DNA of 64,000 nucleotides from Octopus vulgaris (lineage: Eukaryota), in NCBI GenBank assembly GCA_951406725.2, contig OX597814.1, forward strand, positions 180,978,001 to 181,042,000, read 5' to 3'. Each line of letters starts with the position of its first letter. Positions within the stretch are counted from its first letter, which is position 1. Made by a program: the position numbers and the translations under genes. Positions 43,811 through 56,399 of this stretch are shown here, in pieces. The notes under the pieces are model-generated. The model saw only the letters and a list, made by a program, of their open reading frames with translations, had not been told where the DNA came from and did not search any database.

Positions 43811-45506
43811 TGCCAACCCCTTGAAATAAGTGCATACACAATCTATGAATAAGTAAACTAGATTTGGTTTTGCAGTAGTTTACATTTGTGGAATTACTCT
43901 TAGTAAAACTTAGTATGTAAATTTCTTCAAGATTTATGCTTTTTTTCTAATTTTCTTCATTATCCAGTGATGGAATTATTATATGTTCTGTATGGTGTTG
44001 AATGACAAATATAAAAATATGAAAAATTTCAATGTTTCTTAAAAAGAGTTTATCTGTTAATGTCTGTTCAATAACATTGCTGAAAATAACTGCTGAGTTA
44101 TATTTTCTTAATTGTTTAAAGGAAGTTTCTTCATTAATTACAGTATTACTCTATAATCTATTAATCTTGCAGATTGTCTTTGAAAGCTTGTATTTGAACA
44201 AATATCATATGTATTGTGAAATATATAAAGAAACTATACCAAGCCTGTTGAAGGGCTTCTAGTCAGTAAAGCTATATGCTCTAGAGTAAATTGAGAGAAG
44301 TTGTTGTTTTTTTGTATGCACATGCAGGTTTTCTAGTTAAACCCCTAGCAAAATATAAACTGTATTATTTAAAAAAACAACAATGTCCTATTGCCCAGCT
44401 CTCTTGTTTAGAAGGCTGAATTTTAATTTTGATTTTAAAATCAATACTTTTGTTGTTACCCTTCAATAAGTTGTTTCAATGATGTCAATGGAATTTACAA
44501 GATAAAAAAATCATGTTTTGGAGAATAGAAAATCAGTTAAATATTTTTATTTTACTGACTTGTTTATACTCTTAATGTGAAGCCAAAAAATTTACAACTT
44601 TAGGTTGCTTTAGTCTCCAATGACTGAAACAAGTGAAAAATAAGGATGGATAAACATTTGACCTACTAATTGTAATGCTAAACCACAATTTCACCAGTTT
44701 GGGATGACCTATAATGATCATGGGCACTGCTCTTCTCCTCTAACTTATAACAAAATGAAAACAGAAATTCCTATTTTTAATGGAGTCATTAATTTATATT
44801 GGCTACTGCATTTTAAGATTTCATTCCTTTGTTTTTCCACTTAGCTATTGTGAAAGGAGTGTTTTATACTGTTTTGTTATTTACCAAAGAAAATTTAGTA
44901 GACCATTTTCAGACATAAGATTTAGAACAAGGTTTTAGATCTTGTTACATTAGAACCACAATGTAAATAAACCAGCTTTCATTTGTCTGTCAAGCACCAA
45001 CAAATGTTGCTATAAGGAAATTAAAAAGATTTTTTGGTAGTTATTAGTTTTTATAAGAGACTGTTTCTTTACAAGTAAACAGCTTGCATTTATATTTCTT
45101 TTCCAAATAATTAATTAATATTTTCTGAGGAAAATAGTAGAAATATTTCACATTTATGTAAAGCTGAAATTTTACAAGTCCATTGCAAACATAACAAGCC
45201 AAACTTTTCTGTTTGGGTTGCTTTATTACTTATTTGTTAATATGTAATTCTGGGAACTCCATAAAATATAATTGTGCTCATTTAGATAAATACTAGTGGA
45301 CAGATATGTATCATAATGAATGAAGCTCTCAAAATCTCAGAAAACTTGTTCATCTGATTAAAAGTAGAATCTTAAAAGAAAGTTAGAGACAGGTTATCTG
45401 TAAAAAAAAAATTAAATCATTGAAATAACTAACCATTCTTTTCATTACATAATATCAACTGTCACTGACTAATGTTGCAAATAATTTGTTTTTCCTTTCC
45501 TTTCAG

Positions 45507-45646
45507 TTGGACAGATTCAAAGAACCACCAGCATTTGGTCCAATGTGTGATTTATTATGGTCCGATCCTCTGGAAGATTTTGGCAATGAAAAAACTACAG
45601 AACACTTTACACACAATAGTGTTAGGGGTTGCTCATATTTCTACAG
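45507..45646 (+). CDS. PPP3CA: Calcineurin A exon (exon 6 equivalent): [46 protein letters not shown](S)
   Basis: DLLWSDP motif; cctttcag|TTG acceptor; AG|gtgtgt donor; 140 nt, phase 0 to 2. Confidence 0.98.
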
Positions 45647-45792
45647 GTGTGTAATATTTTCTATTTTTTCATGGAAACGTCTAACAGCTGGACATGTATT
45701 TACAAAACCTATTATACTGAATGACTTATACATAAAACATTTGGCTTTGTTTTCAAAATTTTAAATCTCACTGTTTTTTTGCATTTTTCCAG

Positions 45793-45870
45793 CTATGCAG
45801 CATGTTGTGATTTCTTGCAACAGAATAATCTATTATCTATAATCAGGGCACATGAAGCTCAGGATGCTGG
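45793..45870 (+). CDS. PPP3CA: Calcineurin A exon (exon 7 equivalent): (S)[25 protein letters not shown](G)
   Basis: RAHE motif; tttttccag|C acceptor; GG|gtaggt donor; 78 nt, phase 2 to 2; follows a 146-bp intron. Confidence 0.98.
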
Positions 45871-46477
45871 GTAGGTATAAATTGTTTCTATAGTTATTTG
45901 TAGAATACATCATTTTATATTCCACTCTACTCCTATATGTCAACATATTTGACAATTCAATGTACATTTTATTTTGAGTATTCTATATGCTTTCAATGAA
46001 TCCCTTCCAACAGTTTGTTGCAAGAATTCATTCTCTCATGATCAAGCTAAAAAATTTGAATAGCTAAAATACAACCTTTATGCTCTACATTTTCTTCTCA
46101 CTGAACAAAATGTTCTTAACCCCTACTCAATATTTTCAATCAATCAATTATCATTGCAAGGGTAAGAAAATATGCTCCTATGTATATTAAATTTGTTTTT
46201 CACTTGTTTGCGTCAACATTTCACTACACTAACTATCTTCACTCTTAGTGATTCAATGCTATTGACTTTTTCTTTGATAAACAATCAAACCTCAGAGCAA
46301 TAGAATTATGATCCATCTAAAGCATTTGACTTAACTGTCCAATCATTGTAACTGAGTTTACCTAAAATAGTTTAAATTCATTCAATTGGATTAGGACAAT
46401 ATTTTAGCTTGAGTTTTGATGTTCACCACACAAATCATTTATGAAATTTAAAAAAAGGCTTCCTGAGCAGTGATAGA

Positions 46478-47100
46478 AATCATCATCTAATGTCTTTTCC
46501 ATGCTGGCATGGCTTGAACAGTCTAACAGAAGGTGGCAAACCTGAGGACTATATCAAGCTCTATTGTCTGCTTTGGCATGGTTTCTACAGTTAGAAACCA
46601 ACCACTTTGTTATTGGATTCTACTGCTAGAAACTAAAACCAACCACTTTACAGAGTGTACTGAGTGCCAGCACCAGCAGGGTCACCAAATAGCTTGTAAG
46701 ACAAACACCTCTCAACTGGGAAGAGCAGTAGTATTGAGGGAGGTGGCTTTGTGCCAGTTGATGAGAGGTTAAAATATAATTGAGGGATAGGTGTCTAGCT
46801 GTAGAGGAGATACATGGCTACTCCAGTCAGAAAAGAAAAGAGAGAGAAATGGTGGTGGTGGTGGTGGAGGAGGAGGAGATGTATTGAGAGGACATACTCT
46901 CCCAGAGTATATAAGTGAAGTGGTACAGAAGATTGGACTGGGTGAGTAGGCAGGAAGGGGATTAAAGAAGGAAGTTTCATAAGAGTATGAGGAAAGATGG
47001 GGTAGAGGTGACTGCAGCAAGTGATGGTGAGAAATATAGGAGTGGCACAGAGGAGCTATAGTAGATTATGTGAAGGCACTGAGAGTGATAGCAGATAAGA
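46478..47100 (-). mobile_element. Degenerate RTE-tailed SINE with a long purine-rich extension
   Basis: catcatctaatgtcttttccatgctggcatgg...tttggcatggtttctacag...caaccactttacagagtgtactg, then a GA/GGT-rich tract; the same architecture occurs at about 7870-8700. Confidence 0.65.
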
Positions 47101-47603
47101 GAGATGTTAATTCTCTTCCTATGTCCTCTGAATTTACATTGTTCGGGGTATATTTGTAGAGGATTTCATTAAAAAATATCCACTTCGGTGAATTTTCCGA
47201 AATTTCCCATCCCACCCCCTCCTAAAACACTTTCCCCCAAAAAAAAATTGTATATTCGGAATCTACATGATATAACACATATTCGTAGAAAATTTTAGTT
47301 AAAAATATCCATTTTTCTGAAAGTTATGATCATCCAAAGTTGGGGCAAAAATCTGTAGTTTATGATTTATATTTTTCTCATTTTTTTGTTGTTTTGTGTG
47401 TAATTTTTTTCTGAGTGTGATTTTACATTACTCAGCCTCCACTTATTAACCATTCAGTATATTTATGCAAATTCAAATTTTGCTTTGGGAGGTTATTGGA
47501 AGAAAATCCAAGATTAGGAAACAATGTAAACTGAATGTGAATTTTTCTTTTTACTAAGAAAATGATTTATATTACTCAGCACTTTTGTTGGTGAATTTTA
47601 TAA

Positions 47604-47831
<228 letters not shown>

Positions 47832-48810
47832 TAGTTAATGATATAGCTACACTGTAAAGATAAAAATTTCAAAGTTATTCAAGTTAAAATTGTAGCTCTC
47901 TTAACCACATTGAGCAGTTGCCTGGAGACCCCGTGCATAGGAGGGGGAAGGAAGGCTGATCTAATCTATGTATGCTGTGGCTTTCTATCATTAAATAATA
48001 AAGACTAGAGGCCCCAATTGCATTGCCTTGCCAGGAGACCTGCAATGCTGCTAAGATATCCCTGCTCTTAGCTACAGGGGACCAATCGCATTTGAAATGA
48101 GGAAATTGAGTGTCTACATCAAAGGAACAGAAAAGATGTGTTTCTTTTTGTAAATTTATTTTTATGATTAATCAGTGTAATTGAAATAATTTGCTATTGC
48201 TTGTTTTTTAAACCACAGATAAAAAATAATAAATATTCATCATAACGCCCTAAATAATCCATTAGTAGTTTAACTTTCTTCTAATATATTTTTCTCTTTC
48301 TTGGCCACTGTCAAATTTGTTTTTTCATTGTTAATAATTCTCAATACTAATATATTAGCTCACTGTCAATATTACAGAATATAAAATGACATTTATTCTC
48401 TAGGTAAGGTTGTCTTATGTACCAAGTACAAATTTTTTAATTTGATAATTTATACCTTTAAATTAAAAACTTCAAATTCAGTATTCTGTTAAAAAGGTTT
48501 AATTTAAAAATACTCCAAACTCTGAGCAAATTTTAAAGCTCTACTAAATTACTTTACATGTCAGAACATTGTATCACTCCATTTATATGCACAGAGTTCA
48601 CTTTGTTATGAGCCAAGAAGTGTCATTGGGTGACATTATTTGTGTCTAGTAAAATAATAATAAAATGCTAACTTGAATTTTGATGATTTTCCCAAGTCTG
48701 TTATTCTAATTAAACTGCTTCTGCATCAGCTAGGACATCTTAGAACAACCACTGATATTATATTTGATTAGCTGTTTGTCATTCATTTGTTGAAAAAGAA
48801 ATTAAACATA

Positions 48811-49238
48811 TAGGTGCAGAAGTGGCTGTGTGGTAAGTAGCTATAGGCACAGGGGTGGTTGTGCAGTAAATAGCTTGCTTACCATCCACATAGTTCTGGG
48901 TTCAGTCCCACTGCATGGCACCTTGGGCAAGTGTCTTCTATTATAGCCTCAGGCCAACCAAAGCCTTATGAGTGATTTTAGTAGATGGAAACTGAAAGAA
49001 GCCCATTGTATATACATATGTATACGTTTGTGTGTCTGTGTTTGACCCTCCACCATCGCTTGAGAACCGATGTTGGTGTGTTTATGTCCTTGTAGCTTAA
49101 CAGTTCGACAAAAGAGATTGATTGAATAAGTACAAGGCTTACAAAGAATAAGTCCTGGGGTCAATTTGTTCAACTAAAGGCAGTGCTCCAGCATGGCCAC
49201 AGTCAAATGACTGAGACAAGTAAAAGAATAAAAGAATA
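48811..49238 (+). mobile_element. Full-length tRNA/CORE-type SINE with a duplicated 5' head
   Basis: taggtgcagaagtggctgtgtggtaagtagct occurs twice; B-box-like gggttcagtccc; CORE-like caccttgggcaagtgtctt; (TAAAAGAA)n tail. Confidence 0.9.
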
Positions 49239-49424
49239 TTTTAAATGTTGGCATGGGATAGTCACACACATTGTTATGATGTATATTTAAAGTTGGCAGA
49301 TTTCTCTTCCCCTCCTTACTTTCTCTCCCTCTCTCATTATCATCTATTTAGCAAAATTTCTTCTGGCATGTTTTGAAAGTTAAAATGCAAAGCATAAAAA
49401 TTCTGGTCAATATAAGGTATAAGA

Positions 49425-49610
49425 AAGGCAGAGAGCTAGCAGAATCGTTAGCATGCTGGACAAAATGTCTAGTGGCATTTCATTCATTTTAGTGTTCTGA
49501 GTTCAAAATATGCCAAGGCCAGCTTTGCCTTTCATCCTTTTGGGGTTAATAAAGTAAGTACCAGTTAGTCCTGAAACTGCTGGCCTTGTGCCAAAATTTG
49601 AAACCAATAT
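49425..49610 (+). mobile_element. Meta-SINE-like element with an internal deletion
   Basis: aaggcagagagctagcagaatcgttagc...gttctgagttcaaa...ctttgcctttcatcc...aagtaccag...ggccttgtgccaaaatttgaaac. Confidence 0.85.
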
Positions 49611-51350
49611 TAGATGTAAGAGAATGATTTTGTTTTTTTCTTTTTTATTATCATTCTCGTTTTTCTTATCTATTTATATAGCGAATATAGTTCCTTTCTA
49701 TTTCTAATTTCACTTATATCCCATCTCAAAATGCTCTTGGGAAAATCTTGAATACAACAATTTCTCTTTGTACACAGCCACTAATTTCTTGAGCTCAGCC
49801 TATACTTCAAAAAAAGAGTAGATATCTTTTTTTCTGAAACCATTGTTATGAATAGAAAGACATGTAAAGCAAACCAGATGCAATACTGTAGTCAGAGTCT
49901 AATTGTCCTCAACTTCAATCAAATAGTGGGTTGCTTTACCATTTTTGAATGGGTTTGTAAAACAATCACCAATAATACTTTGGGTCAAACCCATTCTGCA
50001 GTACTTCCTCTGCTGAAAAGTTTTGTGCTTTTTTTTTTAATATATAAGTGTAGTTATTGGCAGAATTAGGAAACAGTCAGAGTACCATGCAGTATTAAGT
50101 TATGTTCCTTTACATTGTGAATTCATATTCTTTCAGGCTTGAATTTGTCTTTAATTCTTTCTGGGGTATTAAAATAAAGTACCAGCCTTGGGAGAACAGT
50201 TTAATCAGCTACACTCCTCCAAAAATGTAGGACCTTGTATCTATTTCACATATAAAAGGAAAAGAAAGAATGATTTTTCTTTTTTTGCTGCTCTACTGAA
50301 TTAATAATGATTGTATATCTGGCTTTAATAAGTCATTAGCTCAACATTACTACTAAATTAACCTTTTGTTGGCTTTAACAGTGGAGTTGAGAATGCATAT
50401 CATATCTGTTCTTAATCTAATTGACTACTTTTGTAATGAGAAGCAATTATCTCAGCTAAAATTAATATAAGTTTGATAGATATTCAGCTCTTTAAATTAT
50501 GCCAACTGCACTAAAATTTCATCAAATTCTTCCTAATTTATTATCATTCGTTTTTCCTTCCATTTTATTTAATATATGGCGTAACATTTTTAAAAAGAGC
50601 AACTCTTGTATTTTATAAAATTCCTTTTTAAATGTATATTTAAAATACTTCTGCTTGTTTATGCATGTTTGTCTGAGAAGAGGAGAAAGACAAACTTAAA
50701 GATATAGGGAAAGACAATTATTTCATGAACTGTCATTCGTTTATAGCCAGACGTATGTGGGTGTATTCTGCAAACCAATGAGGTGGTGTTTAAATAGTTG
50801 CCTAATATACTCAAAATAACAACCAAATCTCACTCAAATTACACCTTACAGTTTTGAAAAAGGAAGAATATTTTCAATAATATAATCCCACATATATTGT
50901 CTGGAAAAACATTTTTCTAGATGGTTATAGTTGCAACACTTGATCATAGATCTGCTCAACCAGAATTGACAGGACCTAAATAAAACCTAATAACTATACT
51001 AATTAACAATAACGACAATGTTATGAAACTTATCACTACCAGTAATACTTTTATCAATAATTACTACTACAACTATTTCTAATATATCAGCAACAATTAC
51101 TATCATAGAAATTGAAGCCAAATCCCCTTCAAATCACACTATGTCTTTAAAAAAGAACAGGCACATTTGAAAAACAGATGGGATGGTCACAGCTGCAATC
51201 CAATCCTAGATGATCTTGATAATGACTGACCTGGAGACAAACAACAACTCCCATTCTTCAAATTGTTCTATAACAGCCTATAAGTATTTGTTACAGGACA
51301 GGAGTGTAACTTTAAATAAGAATATTTTCATAATTATATCAACTATGTAA

Positions 51351-51686
<336 letters not shown>

Positions 51687-53523
51687 TGAAGTTTCAACAT
51701 CATAGAGGTCACTAACTCTTATCAGTTCTTTTTCATTGTCACAATCCATTATGAAAACCTACAAATTTTCATTTAATCACATGGTCTTAAAAACCATAGC
51801 TTTCCATTCTTATCTCTCGTCAAGTGCTTCTCTACTAACTTCAGACAATCTTTCTTTACACTTTTACTCAATCTATAACTTAGTATTTTTTTTTTTAATC
51901 AACATTATATTTGCTAACAACTTTACTGCCATCTCTCTATTCAAGAATAAATTACTCACTTATGTGTATTCTTTTGCTGCCAAGACATCACTTTCTCAAT
52001 TACTTTACTTACAGAGTTCACTCAATATTTCACTTCTTTAGCTTTGCCAAATTAACTAACTTAGACATTTCTTCATCTCTTGTAACAGTTCTTTTTTCCC
52101 TTGTAATTTTCTTAGACCTACTATAAGTAGCAGTCAGTTCCTCTCAAATCACACACACATGCACACACTCTCCTTTTCTCTCTCTCTTAAAAAGTGGAAT
52201 CATAATGTAGTCATAAATATATGCAAAAAATATGTGCTGATCATGGTTACAACACCTTTGATCATAGGTCTGCTCAATAAGGGCTGACCTGAAAATCAAA
52301 GAAACCAACTTCTTTTCCAGAGGGTACATGGATTTATCTGCTATTAATCTCTCTTCCCTTCTCACACAGAAATCTACTAATTCTGTGCATTATGTATAGA
52401 TTCATAAACAGAATATTTAGATCTTTTGATGATCTACTTTCCAACATAGTTAAATTATCTGCATAAATCAATGAAAATATGTATCAAATCTTTATCATAG
52501 CACCTTTCTTCTTTCTACAGTAACTTAATCTGTAGTCTTTCACTAACCACATTAATTTCACATTTTGACATCACTGCTGTTGTCACCTGACAATGATTTA
52601 AAGAAACAGTACATACATTTTTTGAAACAATTGTTTTCTTTTTAAGTGAGGTTAATACTAATGGTAGTAATAACACATAAAATATTGTTGTTACTTTATA
52701 GTTTGATTCATCCTAAAACTATAAGGTAATTGTAAAAAAAACTTTCTGACTTACATTTAAGTTATAGATTTAGTCTTGTAATGTGAAAACAGATTATTCT
52801 CTCATCTACTCTCAAAATTGTAATAATTTCCAGGTGTAAAGTACATTAAAAGGGAAGTTGGGAAGTAGAAGTTGATTTGGTTCAGCTAGAGCTTCCTATC
52901 GATCTTAGTAATAACTATGCACTTATTATTTTGGGATTATATATTCTTTAAATTCTTTCAGCTTTAAAACTGCAGTCATGCTGGTTGTGCCACCTGCTCT
53001 CAGCAAGTTGACTATTTAGGATCTCTGTTGTTTGGGTAGTCTAAGATCCTTGATTTACTACAGGTGCAATTATGTACATAGTGAGGTCCTTGAACCCTTC
53101 CACATAGGCTGGCCACAAGTCTGTATTCTGTCAAGAGAGTGCCCTAGGTGTGCAATACATCTTGCTGTCATGCCTTCTGAGCCATTGACCATATTGGGTT
53201 CTTCTGCCTCGTCCACCACTTCAGCCTTCATGCACTTAAGAGGTGATACTCTGTACAGCAATCCTCCCAATATTGTTGGTACCCTCTACTTAGTTTTGCT
53301 CACTATCCAAAGTGTGATACCATGATGTGGTAATTGGTGTACACTAATGACTTCTGGGAGCCCATAAGTGAGAGCTGTGTAGCAGTTGGAGATTAATGTT
53401 CCTGTCCACATGTAACAGGTTTACAAAGGTACCACACATTACATGCTACACCAAACACCACAGGCTGTATGTATGTCAAATTCTTTTGTTGAATATTCGC
53501 AATTCTTATGAAAGATTATTATT

Positions 53524-54075
53524 CATCATCATCATCATCGTTTAACATCCGTTCTCCATGCTAGCATGTGTTGGACGGTTCGACCGGGGATCTGGGAAGC
53601 CAGAAGGCTGCACCAGGCTCCGGTCTTATCTGGCAAAGTTTCTACCGCTGGATGCCCTTCCTAACGCCAACCACTCCGTGAGTGTAGTGGGTGCTTTTTA
53701 CATGCCACCTGCACTGGTGCCAGGCGAGGCTGGCATCGGCCACGGTCGGATTGGTGCATTTTATGGAAGCCAGTCAAGGCAGCACTGGCTTCGGCTACGA
53801 TTCGGATGGTGCTTTTTACGTGCCACCGACACGGAAGCCAGTCGAGGCGGCGCTGGCATCGGCCACAATTCGGATGGTGCATTTTATGGAAGCCAGTCGA
53901 GGCGGCACTGGCTTCGGCTACGATTCGGATGGTGCTTTTTACGTGCCACCGACACGGAAGCCAGTTGAGGCAGCGCTGGCATCAGCCACAATTCGGATAG
54001 TGCTTTTTACGTACCTCCAGTCCCAGGGCCTTGGCATCTGCCAGGTGCTAGTCATAGGATTGGTTCAATTTCGAT
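53524..54075 (-). mobile_element. Young RTE-tailed SINE containing a GC-rich tandem array
   Basis: (CAT)n tail at 53524, ctggatgcccttcctaacgccaaccactccg core, then tandem units; many intact CpGs. Confidence 0.9.
53690..54015. repeat. Minisatellite of alternating 55- and 68-bp subunits (123-bp higher-order unit, two copies)
   Basis: Subunit starts (ggtgc) at 53690, 53753, 53808, 53876, 53931 and (agtgc) 53999. Confidence 0.92.
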
Positions 54076-54233
54076 GTTAACAATATTATTTTCTTTAACT
54101 TGTAGCAGACAGAAAGAAAATGATTTTATTCAAAATATTATCTGCACTTTCTTCTCAGTCGGTTCAATATTAGAGTATAAGTCTGTGAAATTAATGCAGT
54201 AATGAAATGGTTTTCTGTTTTGTCTCTTTACAG

Positions 54234-54311
54234 TTACAGAGATGTTAGTAAACGTCCTTAATATCTGTTCAGATGATGAGTTGATGACTGAAGGAGATGA
54301 TACATTTGAAG
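54234..54311 (+). CDS. PPP3CA: Calcineurin A exon (exon 10 equivalent): (V)[25 protein letters not shown]
   Basis: End of the CnB-binding helix ([17 protein letters not shown]); ctctttacag|TT acceptor; GAAG|gtaact donor; 78 nt, phase 1 to 1. Confidence 0.96.
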
Positions 54312-55256
54312 GTAACTTAATATATATATTTTTTATATAGTTTTATTTGTTTACTTTTGGCTTTTTCATAATCCTTATTTCTTTCTATTACAGGTCTATA
54401 TGGAATATATACTTTCATACACACATGCACACACTTAGCATTGTTTTATTTCACTATTTTAAAATATTTATTAGCAGTTTTGAATTGTGTCTAAACCTTA
54501 TAAATTATGAAAAATGATTGCTTTGTAATGTTTAAAGTGCATATATTTTCTTTCCTGAAAAATAATTACATATTTCATGAAAATTAGTCCTATTAATATA
54601 AATATTAGGTCAGCAGTGGTGGGGGAAAGTAGAAAAGATTATGAACTAATAAATCCATTACATATATGCAATTAAATAGTATTTACTAACATGAATAGAT
54701 TTACTAAACACAGTCACTAATTCCTGATGAACATTTTATTTGGCAAAATAAGTATTAATATTTGTTAGTAAAGCATTTAGTAAATTAAATGGAAAGCACA
54801 TTTCTTTATTAAATAACTACCAATGTAAATTTTAAAATTCATGCTAGTGAATTCTGTTGTAAAATAGATTTTATTATATTTTTTATATCAATTCCCTTGT
54901 ATTAAGAGTAATTTTAATTGTTTGAAAATTTTATCTTTGCTCCATTCTATTTTTTCAAAAGCTATTATATTTTTCTAGATTAGTGTAGTATTTTATGTCT
55001 AAAAATAGTTTTGAATAATAAATATTTGTAGTTTTTATATATGCACCAAAAATAGAAGTGAGCTATAATTTCAAAATTAGAAATGAATTATTTGTAAAGT
55101 TTTATGAAAATTACAAATAAGTTGAAACATATTTATTTGGGGCAAGTTGAATAAATTAAATTAAAACCTTTTTAAATTTAATTTAATATGAATTGATATA
55201 TTTCCTTATGAATTACACTCTTTACTCATCAGTACATTATAGAAACTAGAAACAGT

Positions 55257-55291
<35 letters not shown>

Positions 55292-55655
55292 ATACATGTT
55301 AGATTATCCATAAATAAATCTTGTTTTTACCACTTTAAAATATATAAAATGACCAAATATATTTATTGATAACCCAATGTGTGTGTATTAGCTTTATTTC
55401 ATTCTAGATAAGAAGGAAAATAATTTCTGTTGTTATTGCCAAATTCTTTATACATTTACAGATCCTAGTATTGTTGAGTAATTTCTTGTTTTGCTTATTT
55501 TCTTCTCTCCGAATGATTCCAATTATACATCATGTAACTTTCTCCTAAAGGATTTATAATGTAAACTTTACATTTTGTTTCTCTACAATTAACTTGATGA
55601 ATGCTAATAATAAATGTAAATTTCTCACTAATATTCTCCTATCTTACTCGAACAG

Positions 55656-55664
55656 CTGAACTTG
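55656..55664 (+). CDS. Candidate 9-nt microexon of calcineurin A (A-E-L)
   Basis: CACTAAT branch-like site, pyrimidine tract, aacag|CTGAACTTG|gtaaag; phase 1 to 1, frame-preserving after the 54234-54311 exon. Splice-signal evidence only. Confidence 0.5.
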
Positions 55665-55909
55665 GTAAAGTATGAAACTCACTGCTATAATTCATTAGTA
55701 CATTTTGAAACTAGCCTAGTTTGATCATTCCTAGTGCTTACTTCTGTAACCTTGTTGTCATTATCATGGTAAGCTCTTGGGATTAAAATGCTGTGTTATC
55801 GGTAAGTGGTTTACTGGCGTGCTAATCTAAATCTTCTAAGCAAATAGTTCTTGTAGATTAGATTGAACTGGGCAAAGCAGTCGTTGCACTACCTTCTGAA
55901 ACATGAAAA

Positions 55910-56075
55910 CATCTAGAGAGTTGGACAAAATGCCTTGTGGCATTTCTTCCAGCTCTTTATATTCTGAATTCAGATCTAACCATGGTCAACTATGCTTTTT
56001 ATCCTTCTCAGGTTGATAAAATAAAGTACCCTTGGTTTGTCGATAGTATTGACTAAACCCCTCTCAAATTAGAAA
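55910..56075 (+). mobile_element. Degenerate Meta-SINE-like fragment
   Basis: ggacaaaatgccttgtggcatttc...attctgaattcaga...ggtcaactatgctttttatcc...gataaaataaagtacc. Confidence 0.65.
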
Positions 56076-56390
56076 TATTACTAGTATTAGTATTTACCCC
56101 TAATTATTTTGAGTTCCAGATTTATTGAACTGTTAATTTGGTGGTTTGTTTGTTTTCTATTTTCTTTTTTGGAAGTTTTTTTTTTTAGTTTAAAAAGTAA
56201 TGAGAATTATTATTTGTACTAATTGTTAAAAGAATTGTCCTGGAAAGTACATAAAATATCATTCACTAATGAAATTTAAATTGTTTTGCTGTACAGTAAG
56301 TTCTCTCTAAAATAAGATTTTACATTTTGTTTTGGTTTGTTTTTGTTCTTTTCATTTTTTTTTTTACTTTTCACAAATTTGTAAATCTAG

Positions 56391-56399
56391 TTGAAGAGT
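56391..56399 (+). CDS. Candidate 9-nt microexon of calcineurin A (V-E-E)
   Basis: Long U-rich tract, ctag|TTGAAGAGT|gtatga; frame-preserving. Splice-signal evidence only. Confidence 0.4.

Noticed and set aside
47915-48100. GC-richer patch with a GCATTGC/GCAATGC stem, considered as an HDV-like ribozyme
   Set aside because: I could not build the nested double pseudoknot by eye; probably an unclassified repeat fragment.
48811-48915. tRNA-like A/B boxes
   Set aside because: They are SINE heads, not cloverleaf tRNA genes; the same applies to the other SINE copies.
53032-53460. 97-aa and 66-aa ORFs in a GC-richer segment
   Set aside because: No recognisable domain or splice context; probably a retroelement fragment that I cannot classify.
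53558-54080. 136-aa and 129-aa repetitive ORFs, and a superficially CRISPR-like repeat
   Set aside because: They arise from the GC-rich SINE minisatellite; the units are tandem with no unique spacers, and the context is a eukaryotic intron.
55462-55467. Possible 6-nt microexon tttacag|ATCCTA|gtattg
   Set aside because: The donor is poor and such patterns are expected by chance; not supportable without reads.
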